The position numbers were made by a program, and so were the translations under genes. This document shows positions 1-9,836 of a stretch of 64,000 bases of DNA, in pieces (position 1 is the stretch's first letter; each line of letters begins with the position of its first letter). Below the pieces are notes generated by a model. It saw only the letters and a list, made by a program, of their open reading frames with translations, was not told the origin of the DNA and made no database searches. Origin of the DNA: Octopus sinensis (Eukaryota); assembly GCF_006345805.1 (NCBI RefSeq), contig NC_043003.1, positions 96,720,001 through 96,784,000 of the forward strand, read 5' to 3'.

Positions 1-2775
1 GGAACCCCCACCGCAGGCGTTGCCCGAGCGACGGAATAGCAGGAGAGCCTTGCGACACTCCGTGTACCAAGTACCAAGTTTCGATCTACGATTCAGCCAG
101 GTTTCCCATCCACCGAAACTAGTGAACTTGGGAAACATCAGTTTTGCTAGCGAAGACCACACCCGTTCACCATCCAGGTAGAGCCACAGATGTCTTAACC
201 TCAGCGCATGTCTGCGCATCATCAGCCAAGGCATCCCTAGCCCACCCTTTAACGGTTGTTGACAGCAAGTAGAGCGTTTCACAAGTGGTTTCCCGCCCTT
301 CCACAAGAAGTAGAAGAGCTGTCTTTCCAACTTGATCAACCACGAGTCAGGGCAAGGAACGACGGAAAGGCGGTAGGTGATAACCGATGCGATAAACACA
401 TTGGCCACCTCCGCCCTCCCTTTCAGGGATAGCCACCGCCAAGACCAGGTCTTGGCTACTGCAGCCACCTTGCTCGTTACCTCGCCCCAATTCTTCTCTA
501 TTTGGAGGTCTGGACCGAACCAGACCCCTAGCAGTTTAATCGGACCCTCCGTCCAACGTCCCACGACGCTGTCAGGAGGCATCGACTTGCCTCTCCAGGT
601 GCCGAGTTGCAAGCCGACTGACTTTTCGCGATTAACTTTTGCTCCTGTCACCGTCTCGTAAACCTCTATGGCCTTGCCTACTTTACATAGGTGGTCCATT
701 TCGGTTACGATGATGGTGATGTCATCCGCGTACGCTGACACTGATTTTCCATTACCTGGCTGTCTCGGGATGCCGCTCAGTTTTCGCAGTAATGGCTCAA
801 GAGCCATCACGTACAAAAGCGGGGAGAGCGGACACCCTTGACGAACCGAGCGTTTGATTTTGAACGGCTTCGACAAGAAGCCGTTCACCCGAACTACCGA
901 GTCGATGTTATCATAAATTTGGATAATCCACCTGAGGAAGCCAAGGCTCAGCCCGAACTGTGCCAGGGCAGATACCAGGTAACGTTGGTCGACCCTATCA
1001 AAAGCTTTAGATTGGTCTAAATGGACCAGTGCCCCGCCCTTGCCAGAATCACTATTAAACCCCTCTATAGTGTACCGCATTAGATGGAGATTATCCTGAA
1101 TGGATCTGCCCGGAACGGCACAAGTCTGTGCCTCTCCGATCAGACCATCCGCGACACGCGCCAATCTTTTCGATAACACTTTGGCCAAAATCTTCAACTC
1201 TGTGTTTAGCAGAGTGATGGGCCTGAAATTATCAATGCACTCCCCCTTGCTCGGGTCCTTTCTGACGAGAGTCACTACTCCCCGGCGCACAGATCTGGGT
1301 ATAAGCCCGTTCTGCTGCCAGTTCGCATAGACCTCCGCCAGTAGGTGCCCGAACAAGTCTGGCATACTCTTATATAACTCATAGGGTAGACCATCCAAAC
1401 CCGGCGCCTTTCCCGCGCCGCAGTCCGCCATTGCCTCAAACACCTCCCCAGGCGTGATTGGCCCTTCACAGCCCTCCGCATCTCGCCCCGATAAGCGCGG
1501 CAGACCGTCGAGTAGGTCCGTAAAGGCCCTCCTCCTATCCAGTCCGCCGCACTCACCGAAAAGCTGAGCGAAGTGCTCCTGAAAGGCCTCAGACATCTCC
1601 TCGGGTTCGTTTATCAACTCACCTTGTTGGTTCGTCAAAGATCGAATCGTGGCATCGTTACCATGCTGAGCTTCCACCACTCGGGCCCATCTCACGGCGT
1701 TGATTCCTTCACATCCCATATGACGGATTCTAGCCCTGACAATGCAGCCCATGTGTTTGGCCTCGAGGTGCTGGTTTAACACCAGTCTCTTGGACGCCAC
1801 CTGAGCCGCAGAGCCAGTTTTCATGGCTTCCTCTAATTCCTTAACTAGAGTAGTTTCCCTTCTAGCCTCTCTAGCCACTACTCCTATGCTATATCTAATA
1901 GACTCAAACTTGATGGCTCGTTTGAGGGCGTACCACCATTTGTTATTAATGATGGTACCAGATAGTGCCCTCTGAATTATATTCCTAATCCGGTCTTTGT
2001 ACTCCTTAATCGCCAAAAGGGACGTATTAAGTTTCCAGTAACCGGATCCTCTATTTTTAACCTTATCTATGTCAAGCTTACAGGTGACCATTTTATGATC
2101 ACTGTAGCTGATCGGGTAAAACTGTGGACACTTAGCTATTTTACTGTCTACTTTTCTAATTAGTATTCTATCTAAATATGACCTGGAAGATCCGTCGCTG
2201 TTTGACCATGTCCACAATGGAGCGTTCGGAAATTCCAGCCTATAAGGATCTGCTAGCTCAAAGCGGCTTAGCAGTTCCATGAAGCCACTGTTGCCTTTTC
2301 TATCTGGACGCGAGCCAACACAATCTACATCCGCTTTGCAAATTGTGTTAAAGTCTCCTAGCACCACTAATGAATGCGAAGTACCAAGAAAGTTTTCTAG
2401 TTCACGAAAATAATCACTTTGCCCTGTATGGTTGGGTGCGTAAGTTGCAACCAGTCTGATAACTTTACCATTACTGAACGTCAAATCCATGACGACCAGC
2501 CTACCTTCTGGATCTGCAAAAATTAACTTTTTCTCAGAAACCCGGTTTCTTTTTAATAGGACCAACACCCCACTCCCGCCTGTAGGACTGCCAGGAGAGA
2601 AAAAACTCTCGTAGCCGTCAAACAGCGGGAGTAGACCTCTTGGCCCCTCTAACCGGGTTTCTGTAGCAACAATAACATCTAAATTACGCGACCTGATATC
2701 ATGCAGGAAGCGACCTTGCTTCCAGCCTGCTCCCAGGCCGCGCACATTCAAACAACCAACATAAATGTAATCCAT
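1..2775 (-). CDS. ORF2 of U1 (APE endonuclease + RT), partial at window edge
   Basis: ATG at 2775 in the same context as U3; no net indel versus the intact U3 ORF2. Probably missing from the ORF track because its stop lies outside the window. Confidence 0.85.
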   Translation of the reverse strand, partial: MDYIYVGCLNVRGLGAGWKQGRFLHDIRSRNLDVIVATETRLEGPRGLLPLFDGYESFFSPGSPTGGSGVLVLLKRNRVSEKKLIFADPEGRLVVMDLTFSNGKVIRLVATYAPNHTGQSDYFRELENFLGTSHSLVVLGDFNTICKADVDCVGSRPDRKGNSGFMELLSRFELADPYRLEFPNAPLWTWSNSDGSSRSYLDRILIRKVDSKIAKCPQFYPISYSDHKMVTCKLDIDKVKNRGSGYWKLNTSLLAIKEYKDRIRNIIQRALSGTIINNKWWYALKRAIKFESIRYSIGVVAREARRETTLVKELEEAMKTGSAAQVASKRLVLNQHLEAKHMGCIVRARIRHMGCEGINAVRWARVVEAQHGNDATIRSLTNQQGELINEPEEMSEAFQEHFAQLFGECGGLDRRRAFTDLLDGLPRLSGRDAEGCEGPITPGEVFEAMADCGAGKAPGLDGLPYELYKSMPDLFGHLLAEVYANWQQNGLIPRSVRRGVVTLVRKDPSKGECIDNFRPITLLNTELKILAKVLSKRLARVADGLIGEAQTCAVPGRSIQDNLHLMRYTIEGFNSDSGKGGALVHLDQSKAFDRVDQRYLVSALAQFGLSLGFLRWIIQIYDNIDSVVRVNGFLSKPFKIKRSVRQGCPLSPLLYVMALEPLLRKLSGIPRQPGNGKSVSAYADDITIIVTEMDHLCKVGKAIEVYETVTGAKVNREKSVGLQLGTWRGKSMPPDSVVGRWTEGPIKLLGVWFGPDLQIEKNWGEVTSKVAAVAKTWSWRWLSLKGRAEVANVFIASVITYRLSVVPCPDSWLIKLERQLFYFLWKGGKPLVKRSTCCQQPLKGGLGMPWLMMRRHALRLRHLWLYLDGERVWSSLAKLMFPKFTSFGGWETWLNRRSKLGTWYTECRKALLLFRRSGNACGGGS

Positions 2776-2783
2776 TACTTACC

Positions 2784-4179
2784 TTATATCAGTGGTTCGG
2801 TTTTTTCTTGTTCTTCTAACTCTTTTTCTGGGCCTCGTGGGGGAGTCTGACGTAGGCCCTCGAATATATGTGGAGATGTCACATCCAATCTAAGTGGGCC
2901 TACGTCATGGAAGAATTCTGACTTTATCCGCCCGTAATCCTTCCGGCCTATTCTGTAAATTACAAAGTCGTTTTTTTTCACTACTTTCTCCACTTTGGCC
3001 ATGGCTGCCAACACGTTTCCGAGTCTGCTATTTGCTGCCTTTACGGCCATATATGAGTTCATTGACTCTTTTTTCTTTTTTAAGATTACTCTGGGAGGGG
3101 TGGTTTCCGTTTTTCTTTTTTTTTTCCTTCCGGTAATTTTTTTTTTTTTTTTTTTTGCCCACCCCCCCTCATTTATCTTTTCCTCGCTCTTTTTTTCCTC
3201 CGCCGCTGGTTCTGCTGTCACCGTCACCTCCACACCTTCAGTCTTCCCTTCTGGGCCGTCCGACGCTGCTTCTGGTGACACATTATCTTCTTTTTCTTTT
3301 GGCTTAGGTGCTTCCTGCGGTTTGGGTTGGGGTTGGCATTCCGCCCTTACATGACCCTTCTTGCCGCAGCCGAAGCACCTCGGCTTCCTGCCCTCCACGA
3401 AAACTGTTATTTTCTCGTCTTCACTAATCTTTACCGTTTCTGGAATTTCTTCCAGTGTTTGCACCTCCGCCTGAATGGCTATCACTATTTTTTGGCCTTT
3501 CCAAAACTCCTCTTCCTCCACTGTGGCCTGGAGGATGTTTATTTTTTCCTCCAGACCTACCATCACTGCTGCCACCAGACATTCAGCATCTGCCTCTGGC
3601 GGTATGTTGTTCATTGAAATTTTCGACGTCCTTTTTCCTTTGTACAATGGTAGTAAGACAATGTTTTCCGCTTTGATTGGCTCCATCGATAGTTTCTTCG
3701 CTATATCCTCCGTAGTAAAACGCACCTCCACTGTGCCGTATCTTTTTCCTCTGTTTATATACGTTATTTTATCCATAAAAGGTTTTAGACAAAACTATTT
3801 TTTTTTCATCGATTTTTTGGATCATTTTTTTCGTTGTGTCGTAAGTTTTATATATTATTCTTTTTTTTTCTATATCGTCATGTATTTGTATGTTTGTGGC
3901 CACAGTCACTTCTGTGCCTTCTTTTTTTACACAGTCTGCAAATTTTTTAAAATTTTCTATATTTATTTTTTTGATCTTTTTCCCAGCCACTTCAGCGAAT
4001 TTTTTTGCTGGAGTTGATGCTGGTACTGGTTTTTCCATTTTCTTGGGCGACGCCGCCTCTTTTTTCTTCGGCGACAACGCCTCTTTTTTTCTTGGCGACA
4101 ACGCCTCTTTTTTTCCTGGCGACAACGCCGGGTATTCATCCTCGCTCGTCACGGGCGAATAAGAGATGGGGGACTCCAT
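2784..4179 (-). CDS. ORF1 family a (gag-like, CCHC zinc knuckle) of U1, one frameshift near 3795
   Basis: Track ORFs 3769-4188 and 2784-3776; knuckle CFGCGKKGHVRAEC; 2 nt shorter than U3 at the break. Confidence 0.85.
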
Positions 4180-4394
4180 CTTGAACAAATGGCTTTAACA
4201 AGCCTTTGGTAAATCCAAATTAATTGTAGTTTTCCCCCACTGAGGGGGGAACACCAACGCGAAGTCTTCGCGCGAAGGCTGACTTCGTCAGTTAGACAAC
4301 AATAGACAAAACAGGTAGACCAACAGTATATAATAACAGAGATAATAGTACGAGAGCAAAATTATATCAACTTACTAATAACGCAAAAAATTGA

Positions 4395-4405
4395 TTTCCG
4401 CCGTG
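4395..4405 (+). repeat. 11-bp target site/TSD TTTCCGCCGTG (also 6182, 11432, 13368, 15296, 17077, 18879, 20687, 22470, 24251)
   Basis: Identical 11-mer read directly at every unit junction and at the array/flank boundary. Confidence 0.95.
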
Positions 4406-6181
4406 TGATTTTATTATTACCCACAAGGGGCGAACATAGATGGGACAGTACAATCGGGGAACTTAAAATAAGAAAGTAAATGACAAGAAAAGGAAAAAAT
4501 AAAAGTAAAAAATGACATATGAAAGAATATTTACAATGAGATGTAAATGCCCACTCGATCCCCGGAATCGAGAGGTTACATTTTCGTCACATATAGTTCA
4601 CAATATTTTCTTTTTTCTCTTCTTTCTTCTCTCTCTTCTCACAATTCTATACGTATTCCATAATAGTTTTCAATTCTCTAAAGTCAATCACTGAGCCCTC
4701 AGGCAGCCGCTCTCTCACTCGAACACTCGTGTAAAACGTTACACTCTCTCCGGCAGCTCTGAGGAACTCAGCGACTCTTTCTTCGGGGATTAAAGCAGTC
4801 TCCTGCCACTGATCGGTCATCCTGTTGACCCATATATGTCCCTCCGTACTACTTGTCAATTCTTTCGTTTCAGGGCAGAAATGGAAGGTTACTAACTTGT
4901 AGAAGCAGTAATCTTGTTTCCGTCCTACGTTTTCCCTCGTTTTTCTTTTCGGGCTTATTTCTTCCTTGTTCTCCTCTCTTTGTTTCTCTCTTTCTCTCTT
5001 TTTGCCTTCTTTTCTTTCTTCTTCCTTCTCTTGTCTTTTTGGTTCTTTGTCTGTTCTCTCTTTCTCTCGTGTTTTTTGTTCCTTTTCTTTTTCTTTTTGT
5101 GTGCCGTCTTTTCTTTTCGTTTGATTCTGATCTCTCTCTTGTTTTTTTCCTGTTGTTTCTTTTTCCTTTTTCTTTTCCTGACTCTGTTTTGGTTCTATTT
5201 CTTTCTTTTCTTTTATTTCTTTTTCCTTCATTGACTTATTATTTCCTTTCTCTTGTTGTTTTGTTTCCTTTTCTATGTTTTCTTTTTCATTTACCGTATT
5301 CTTCTTTTCTTCAAATTCCTTCTCGCACTCCGCTACGAATTCGTATAACGGGCACTCTTTTTTAATGTGCCCCCTTGTCCCGCACAAGTAGCAGTTTGGC
5401 TTTCTTCCCTCTACAATTACACTGAGGGTTTTCTCATCTTCAATTTCTATTCTGTAGGGGAACCTTTCAATGTCCTCTTTTGTGGCCATCAAACACAGTT
5501 CTACCCCATATCCTCTCCAGTTTATCGCGTTGGACTCCTTAAAGGATTCCACCTCCACTTCCTCTTCTGCTGCTCCTAGAATAGCTGTTGCCAGCCATTC
5601 TGTTTTCACTTCTGGGGGTATATTCGGGATTTTAACCCGGACCCCTCTTCTTCCCTTGTATGAGGGCCACATTATAAATGTTTCCGCTCTTAGTACAGTG
5701 GTAGCCAGTGAGGCTGCAATTTCTTCCGTTGCACATCTCACCTCCACCGTACCAAATTTCTTGCCTCTACTCACGTAGGTCGATTTCCCCATTATGTCTC
5801 CCAGACATTTTTCGATTTCTGCTATCTCCACTCTTGCCAGTTTCTTTGTATTTTTGTCTTGGGTTCTATATGTTACAGTCTTGTTTTCTTTGTCCTCTTT
5901 TGCTTTCGCGGGGGGGATTAGCTTCACGCTATCACCCTCCCTTTTGAATAGCTTTTCGTATTCTTTGAGTTTACTCTTCTCAAAGAAAACATCCTTCACG
6001 ATTATCGACGAATCATTATTTTTCTTTCCCGTGACCCCCGCGTAAGTCGCCATGACTAGAGGGTCAATTCACCTTCTTCGGAAGGTTTCCACACGTGGAG
6101 GCAAACGCCTCGCGCGATATTAATCACTTTACACAACAAAATTTCAACGTCTAATCACAGATAACAACACACTTGAGTAAA
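4406..6181 (-). mobile_element. Array unit U2: ORF1-only non-autonomous element, family b
   Basis: 1.78 kb between two target 11-mers; single ORF1, no RT; 3'-terminal ~50 nt shared with U3. Confidence 0.9.
4647..6053 (-). CDS. Intact ORF1 family b, 468 aa: RGKKFGTVEVR block, CCHC knuckle, K/E-rich linker
   Basis: Uninterrupted ORF; CYLCGTRGHIKKEC; homologous to ORF1a (YINRGKRYGTVEVRF; VEGRKPRCFGC). Confidence 0.92.
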   Translation of the reverse strand: MATYAGVTGKKNNDSSIIVKDVFFEKSKLKEYEKLFKREGDSVKLIPPAKAKEDKENKTVTYRTQDKNTKKLARVEIAEIEKCLGDIMGKSTYVSRGKKFGTVEVRCATEEIAASLATTVLRAETFIMWPSYKGRRGVRVKIPNIPPEVKTEWLATAILGAAEEEVEVESFKESNAINWRGYGVELCLMATKEDIERFPYRIEIEDEKTLSVIVEGRKPNCYLCGTRGHIKKECPLYEFVAECEKEFEEKKNTVNEKENIEKETKQQEKGNNKSMKEKEIKEKKEIEPKQSQEKKKEKETTGKKQERDQNQTKRKDGTQKEKEKEQKTREKERTDKEPKRQEKEEERKEGKKREREKQREENKEEISPKRKTRENVGRKQDYCFYKLVTFHFCPETKELTSSTEGHIWVNRMTDQWQETALIPEERVAEFLRAAGESVTFYTSVRVRERLPEGSVIDFRELKTIMEYV

Positions 6182-6432
6182 TTTCCGCCGTGTGATTTTA
6201 TTATTACCCACAAGGGGCGAACATAGATGGGACAATACAATCTGGGTCAGACAAACGAATGGGTTTTTACACTAAATCGAATTTAAAAATTTTCATGAAT
6301 TACAATAAATGGACAGAAATCGAATGATGGGACAGACCGGAAGACGTTACGGGTGGAGTGGGTGCGGGTTTAGCTCGGACCCCACGAGCCCCGCCTCCCC
6401 ACTGATACTTTTGGTTGCACTTGGTATTACAT

Positions 6433-9400
6433 TTATGTTGTATCTTTCACTCGCAACTTTCGTGCTACATCCTTCCATCGTTCTTCATACACTCTCCTAG
6501 TCAGGCATATTCTTTCCAGCCCTATCTTCCTTTTCAGGTGAAAGATGAAATAGTTCATCAAACCAGGGCCGGAGATGAACTTGCCTGACTGTAAACCTTT
6601 CATTCTCGTCTTCCATATCACCTCTTTCGCAATTGCTACTACAACGAGAAAACGAAACTTACCTTCATTCACGAGGAAATCCGGTGGGTCAATTTTTGTA
6701 ATCGACTCAGTCGACAGCTGTACTCTTCGTGTACCTGACAACAGGTGTTCGGCATAAACCCACACCTCAGACACGTCCGGACAATGAACAATCGCGTGCG
6801 GGACGGTTTCCCTATCCCGCCCGCATCTTGGACATATCGGACTGTCTTGGCCACCGTGCCTTGCGAGTTTATCCCGAACAGGTAGAGCTCCTCTGTAGCA
6901 TTGCCATGCCAGAGACTTCTGGAAGTTGTCCAGTGTCCTCGGCTCGAACGTACGTCGGAACAGACTGGCCAGCTGATTATCGTCGAGACCTAGGGTTTCC
7001 CCCAAGGTATCTTCACATTCCGCCTCTACCAACCCTCTATAGAGGAATGTGGTGGAACCCCCACCGCAGGCGTTGCCCGAGCGACGGAATAGCAGGAGAG
7101 CCTTGCGACACTCCGTGTACCAAGTACCAAGTTTCGATCTACGATTCAGCCAGGTTTCCCATCCACCGAAACTAGTGAACTTGGGAAACATCAGTTTTGC
7201 TAGCGAAGACCACACCCGTTCACCATCCAGGTAGAGCCACAGATGTCTTAACCTCAGCGCATGTCTGCGCATCATCAGCCAAGGCATCCCTAGCCCACCC
7301 TTTAACGGTTGTTGACAGCAAGTAGAGCGTTTCACAAGTGGTTTCCCGCCCTTCCACAAGAAGTAGAAGAGCTGTCTTTCCAACTTGATCAACCACGAAT
7401 CAGGGCAAGGAACGACGGAAAGGCGGTAGGTGATAACCGATGCGATAAACACATTGGCCACCTCCGCCCTCCCTTTCAGGGATAGCCACCGCCAAGACCA
7501 GGTCTTGGCTACTGCAGCCACCTTGCTCGTTACCTCGCCCCAATTCTTCTCTATTTGGAGGTCTGGACCGAACCAGACCCCTAGCAGTTTAATCGGACCC
7601 TCCGTCCAACGTCCCACGACGCTGTCAGGAGGCATCGACTTGCCTCTCCAGGTGCCGAGTTGCAAGCCGACTGACTTTTCGCGATTAACTTTTGCTCCTG
7701 TCACCGTCTCGTAAACCTCTATGGCCTTGCCTACTTTACATAGGTGGTCCATTTCGGTTACGATGATGGTGATGTCATCCGCGTACGCTGACACTGATTT
7801 TCCATTACCTGGCTGTCTCGGGATGCCGCTCAGTTTTCGCAGTAATGGCTCAAGAGCCATCACGTACAAAAGCGGGGAGAGCGGACACCCTTGACGAACC
7901 GAGCGTTTGATTTTGAACGGCTTCGACAAGAAGCCGTTCACCCGAACTACCGAGTCGATGTTATCATAAATTTGGATAATCCACCTGAGGAAGCCAAGGC
8001 TCAGCCCGAACTGTGCCAGGGCAGACACCAGGTAACGATGGTCGACCCTATCAAAAGCTTTAGATTGGTCTAAATGGACCAGTACCCCACCCTTGCCAGA
8101 ATCACTATTAAACCCCTCTATAGTGTACCGCATTAGATGGAGATTATCCTGAATGGATCTGCCCGGAACGGCACTTGTCTGTGCCTCTCCGATCAGACCA
8201 TCCGCGACACGCGCCAATCTTTTCGATAACACTTTGGCCAAAATCTTCAACTCTGTGTTTAGCAGAGTGATGGGCCTGAAATTATCAATGCACTCCCCCT
8301 TGCTCGGGTCCTTTCTGACGAGAGTCACTACTCCCCGGCGCACAGATCTGGGTATAAGCCCGTTCTGCTGCCAGTTCGCATAGACCTCCGCCAGTAGGTG
8401 CCCGAACAAGTCTGGCATACTCTTATATAACTCATAGGGTAGACCATCCAAACCCGGCGCCTTGCCCGCGCCGCAGTCCGTCATTGCCTCAACCACCTCC
8501 TCAGGCGTGATTGGCCCTTCACAGCCCTCCGCATCTCGCCCCGATAAGCGCGGCAGCCCGTCGAGTAGGTCCGTAAAGGCCCTCCTCCTATCCAGTCCGC
8601 CGCACTCACCGAAAAGCTGAGCGAAGTGCTCCTGAAAGGCCTCACATATCTCCTCGGGTTCGTTTATCAACTCACCTTGTTGGTTCGTCAAAGATCGAAT
8701 CGTGGCATCGTTACCATGCCGAGCTTCCACCACTCGGGCCCATCTCACGGCGTTGATTCCTTCACATCCCATATGGCGGATTCTAGCCCTGACAATGCAG
8801 CCCATGTGTTTGGCCTCGAGGTGCTGGTTTAACACCAGTCTCTTGGACGCCACCTGAGCCGTAGAGCCAGTTTTCATGGCTTCCTCTAATTCCTTAACTA
8901 GAGTAGTTTCCCTTCTAGCCTCTCTAGCCACTACTCCTATGCTATATCTAATAGACTCAAACTTGATGGCTCGTTTGAGGGCGTACCACCATTTGTTATT
9001 AATGATGGTACCAGATAGTGCCCTCTGAATTATATTCCTAATCCGGTCTTTGTACTCCTTAATCGCCAAAAGGGACGTATTAAGTTTCCAGTAACCGGAT
9101 CCTCTATTTTTAACCTTATCTATGTCAAGCTTACAAGTGACCATTTTATGATCACTGTAGCTGATCGGGTAAAACTGTGGACACTTAGCTATTTTACTGT
9201 CTACTTTTCTAATTAGTATTCTATCTAAATATGACCTGGAAGATCCGTCGCTGTTTGACCATGTCCACAATGGAGCGTTCGGAAATTCCAGCCTATAAGG
9301 ATCTGCTAGCTCAAAGCGGCTTAGCAGTTCCATGAAGCCACTGTTGCCTTTTCTATCTGGACACGAGCCAACATAATCTACATCCGCTTTGCAAATTGTG

Positions 9401-9828
9401 TTAAAGTCTCCTAGCACCACTAATGAATGCGAAGTACCAAGAAAGTTTTCTAGTTCACGAAAATAATCACTTTGCCCTGTATGGTTGGGTGCGTAAATTG
9501 CAACCAGTCTGATAACTTTACCGTTACTGAACGTCAAATCCATGACGACCAGCCTACCTTCTGGATCTGCAAAAATTAACTTTTTCTCAGAAACCCGGTT
9601 TCTTTTTAATAGGAACAACACCCCACTCCCGCCTGTAGGACTGCCAGGAGAGAAAAAACTCTCGTAGCCGTCAAACAGCGGGAGTAGACCTCTTGGCCCC
9701 TCTAACCGGGTTTCTGTAGCAACAATAACATCTAAATTACGCGACCTGATATCATGCAGGAAGCGACCTTGCTTCCAGTCTGCTCCCAGGCCGCGCACAT
9801 TCAAACAACCAACATAAATGTAATCCAT
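6433..9828 (-). CDS. Intact ORF2, 1131 aa: APE endonuclease, reverse transcriptase, C-terminal CCHC finger
   Basis: APE motifs LNVRG, ATETR, LGDFN, YLDRIL, SDHK; RT motifs PGLDG, RPITLLN, DQSKAFDRV, QGCPLSP, YADD; CPRC...H...C. Layout typical of Tx1-like L1-clade elements. Confidence 0.97.
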   Translation of the reverse strand: MDYIYVGCLNVRGLGADWKQGRFLHDIRSRNLDVIVATETRLEGPRGLLPLFDGYESFFSPGSPTGGSGVLFLLKRNRVSEKKLIFADPEGRLVVMDLTFSNGKVIRLVAIYAPNHTGQSDYFRELENFLGTSHSLVVLGDFNTICKADVDYVGSCPDRKGNSGFMELLSRFELADPYRLEFPNAPLWTWSNSDGSSRSYLDRILIRKVDSKIAKCPQFYPISYSDHKMVTCKLDIDKVKNRGSGYWKLNTSLLAIKEYKDRIRNIIQRALSGTIINNKWWYALKRAIKFESIRYSIGVVAREARRETTLVKELEEAMKTGSTAQVASKRLVLNQHLEAKHMGCIVRARIRHMGCEGINAVRWARVVEARHGNDATIRSLTNQQGELINEPEEICEAFQEHFAQLFGECGGLDRRRAFTDLLDGLPRLSGRDAEGCEGPITPEEVVEAMTDCGAGKAPGLDGLPYELYKSMPDLFGHLLAEVYANWQQNGLIPRSVRRGVVTLVRKDPSKGECIDNFRPITLLNTELKILAKVLSKRLARVADGLIGEAQTSAVPGRSIQDNLHLMRYTIEGFNSDSGKGGVLVHLDQSKAFDRVDHRYLVSALAQFGLSLGFLRWIIQIYDNIDSVVRVNGFLSKPFKIKRSVRQGCPLSPLLYVMALEPLLRKLSGIPRQPGNGKSVSAYADDITIIVTEMDHLCKVGKAIEVYETVTGAKVNREKSVGLQLGTWRGKSMPPDSVVGRWTEGPIKLLGVWFGPDLQIEKNWGEVTSKVAAVAKTWSWRWLSLKGRAEVANVFIASVITYRLSVVPCPDSWLIKLERQLFYFLWKGGKPLVKRSTCCQQPLKGGLGMPWLMMRRHALRLRHLWLYLDGERVWSSLAKLMFPKFTSFGGWETWLNRRSKLGTWYTECRKALLLFRRSGNACGGGSTTFLYRGLVEAECEDTLGETLGLDDNQLASLFRRTFEPRTLDNFQKSLAWQCYRGALPVRDKLARHGGQDSPICPRCGRDRETVPHAIVHCPDVSEVWVYAEHLLSGTRRVQLSTESITKIDPPDFLVNEGKFRFLVVVAIAKEVIWKTRMKGLQSGKFISGPGLMNYFIFHLKRKIGLERICLTRRVYEERWKDVARKLRVKDTT

Positions 9829-9836
9829 TACTTACC

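Larger units (their letters stand above)
1..4394 (-). mobile_element. Array unit U1: autonomous Tx1/L1-clade non-LTR retrotransposon; 3' end runs off the left edge
   Basis: Near-identical to U3 at a constant 7053-nt offset across ORF2 (1 vs 7054; 2775 vs 9828); ORF1a-ORF2 layout; 5' end abuts TTTCCGCCGTG at 4395-4405. Confidence 0.93.
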
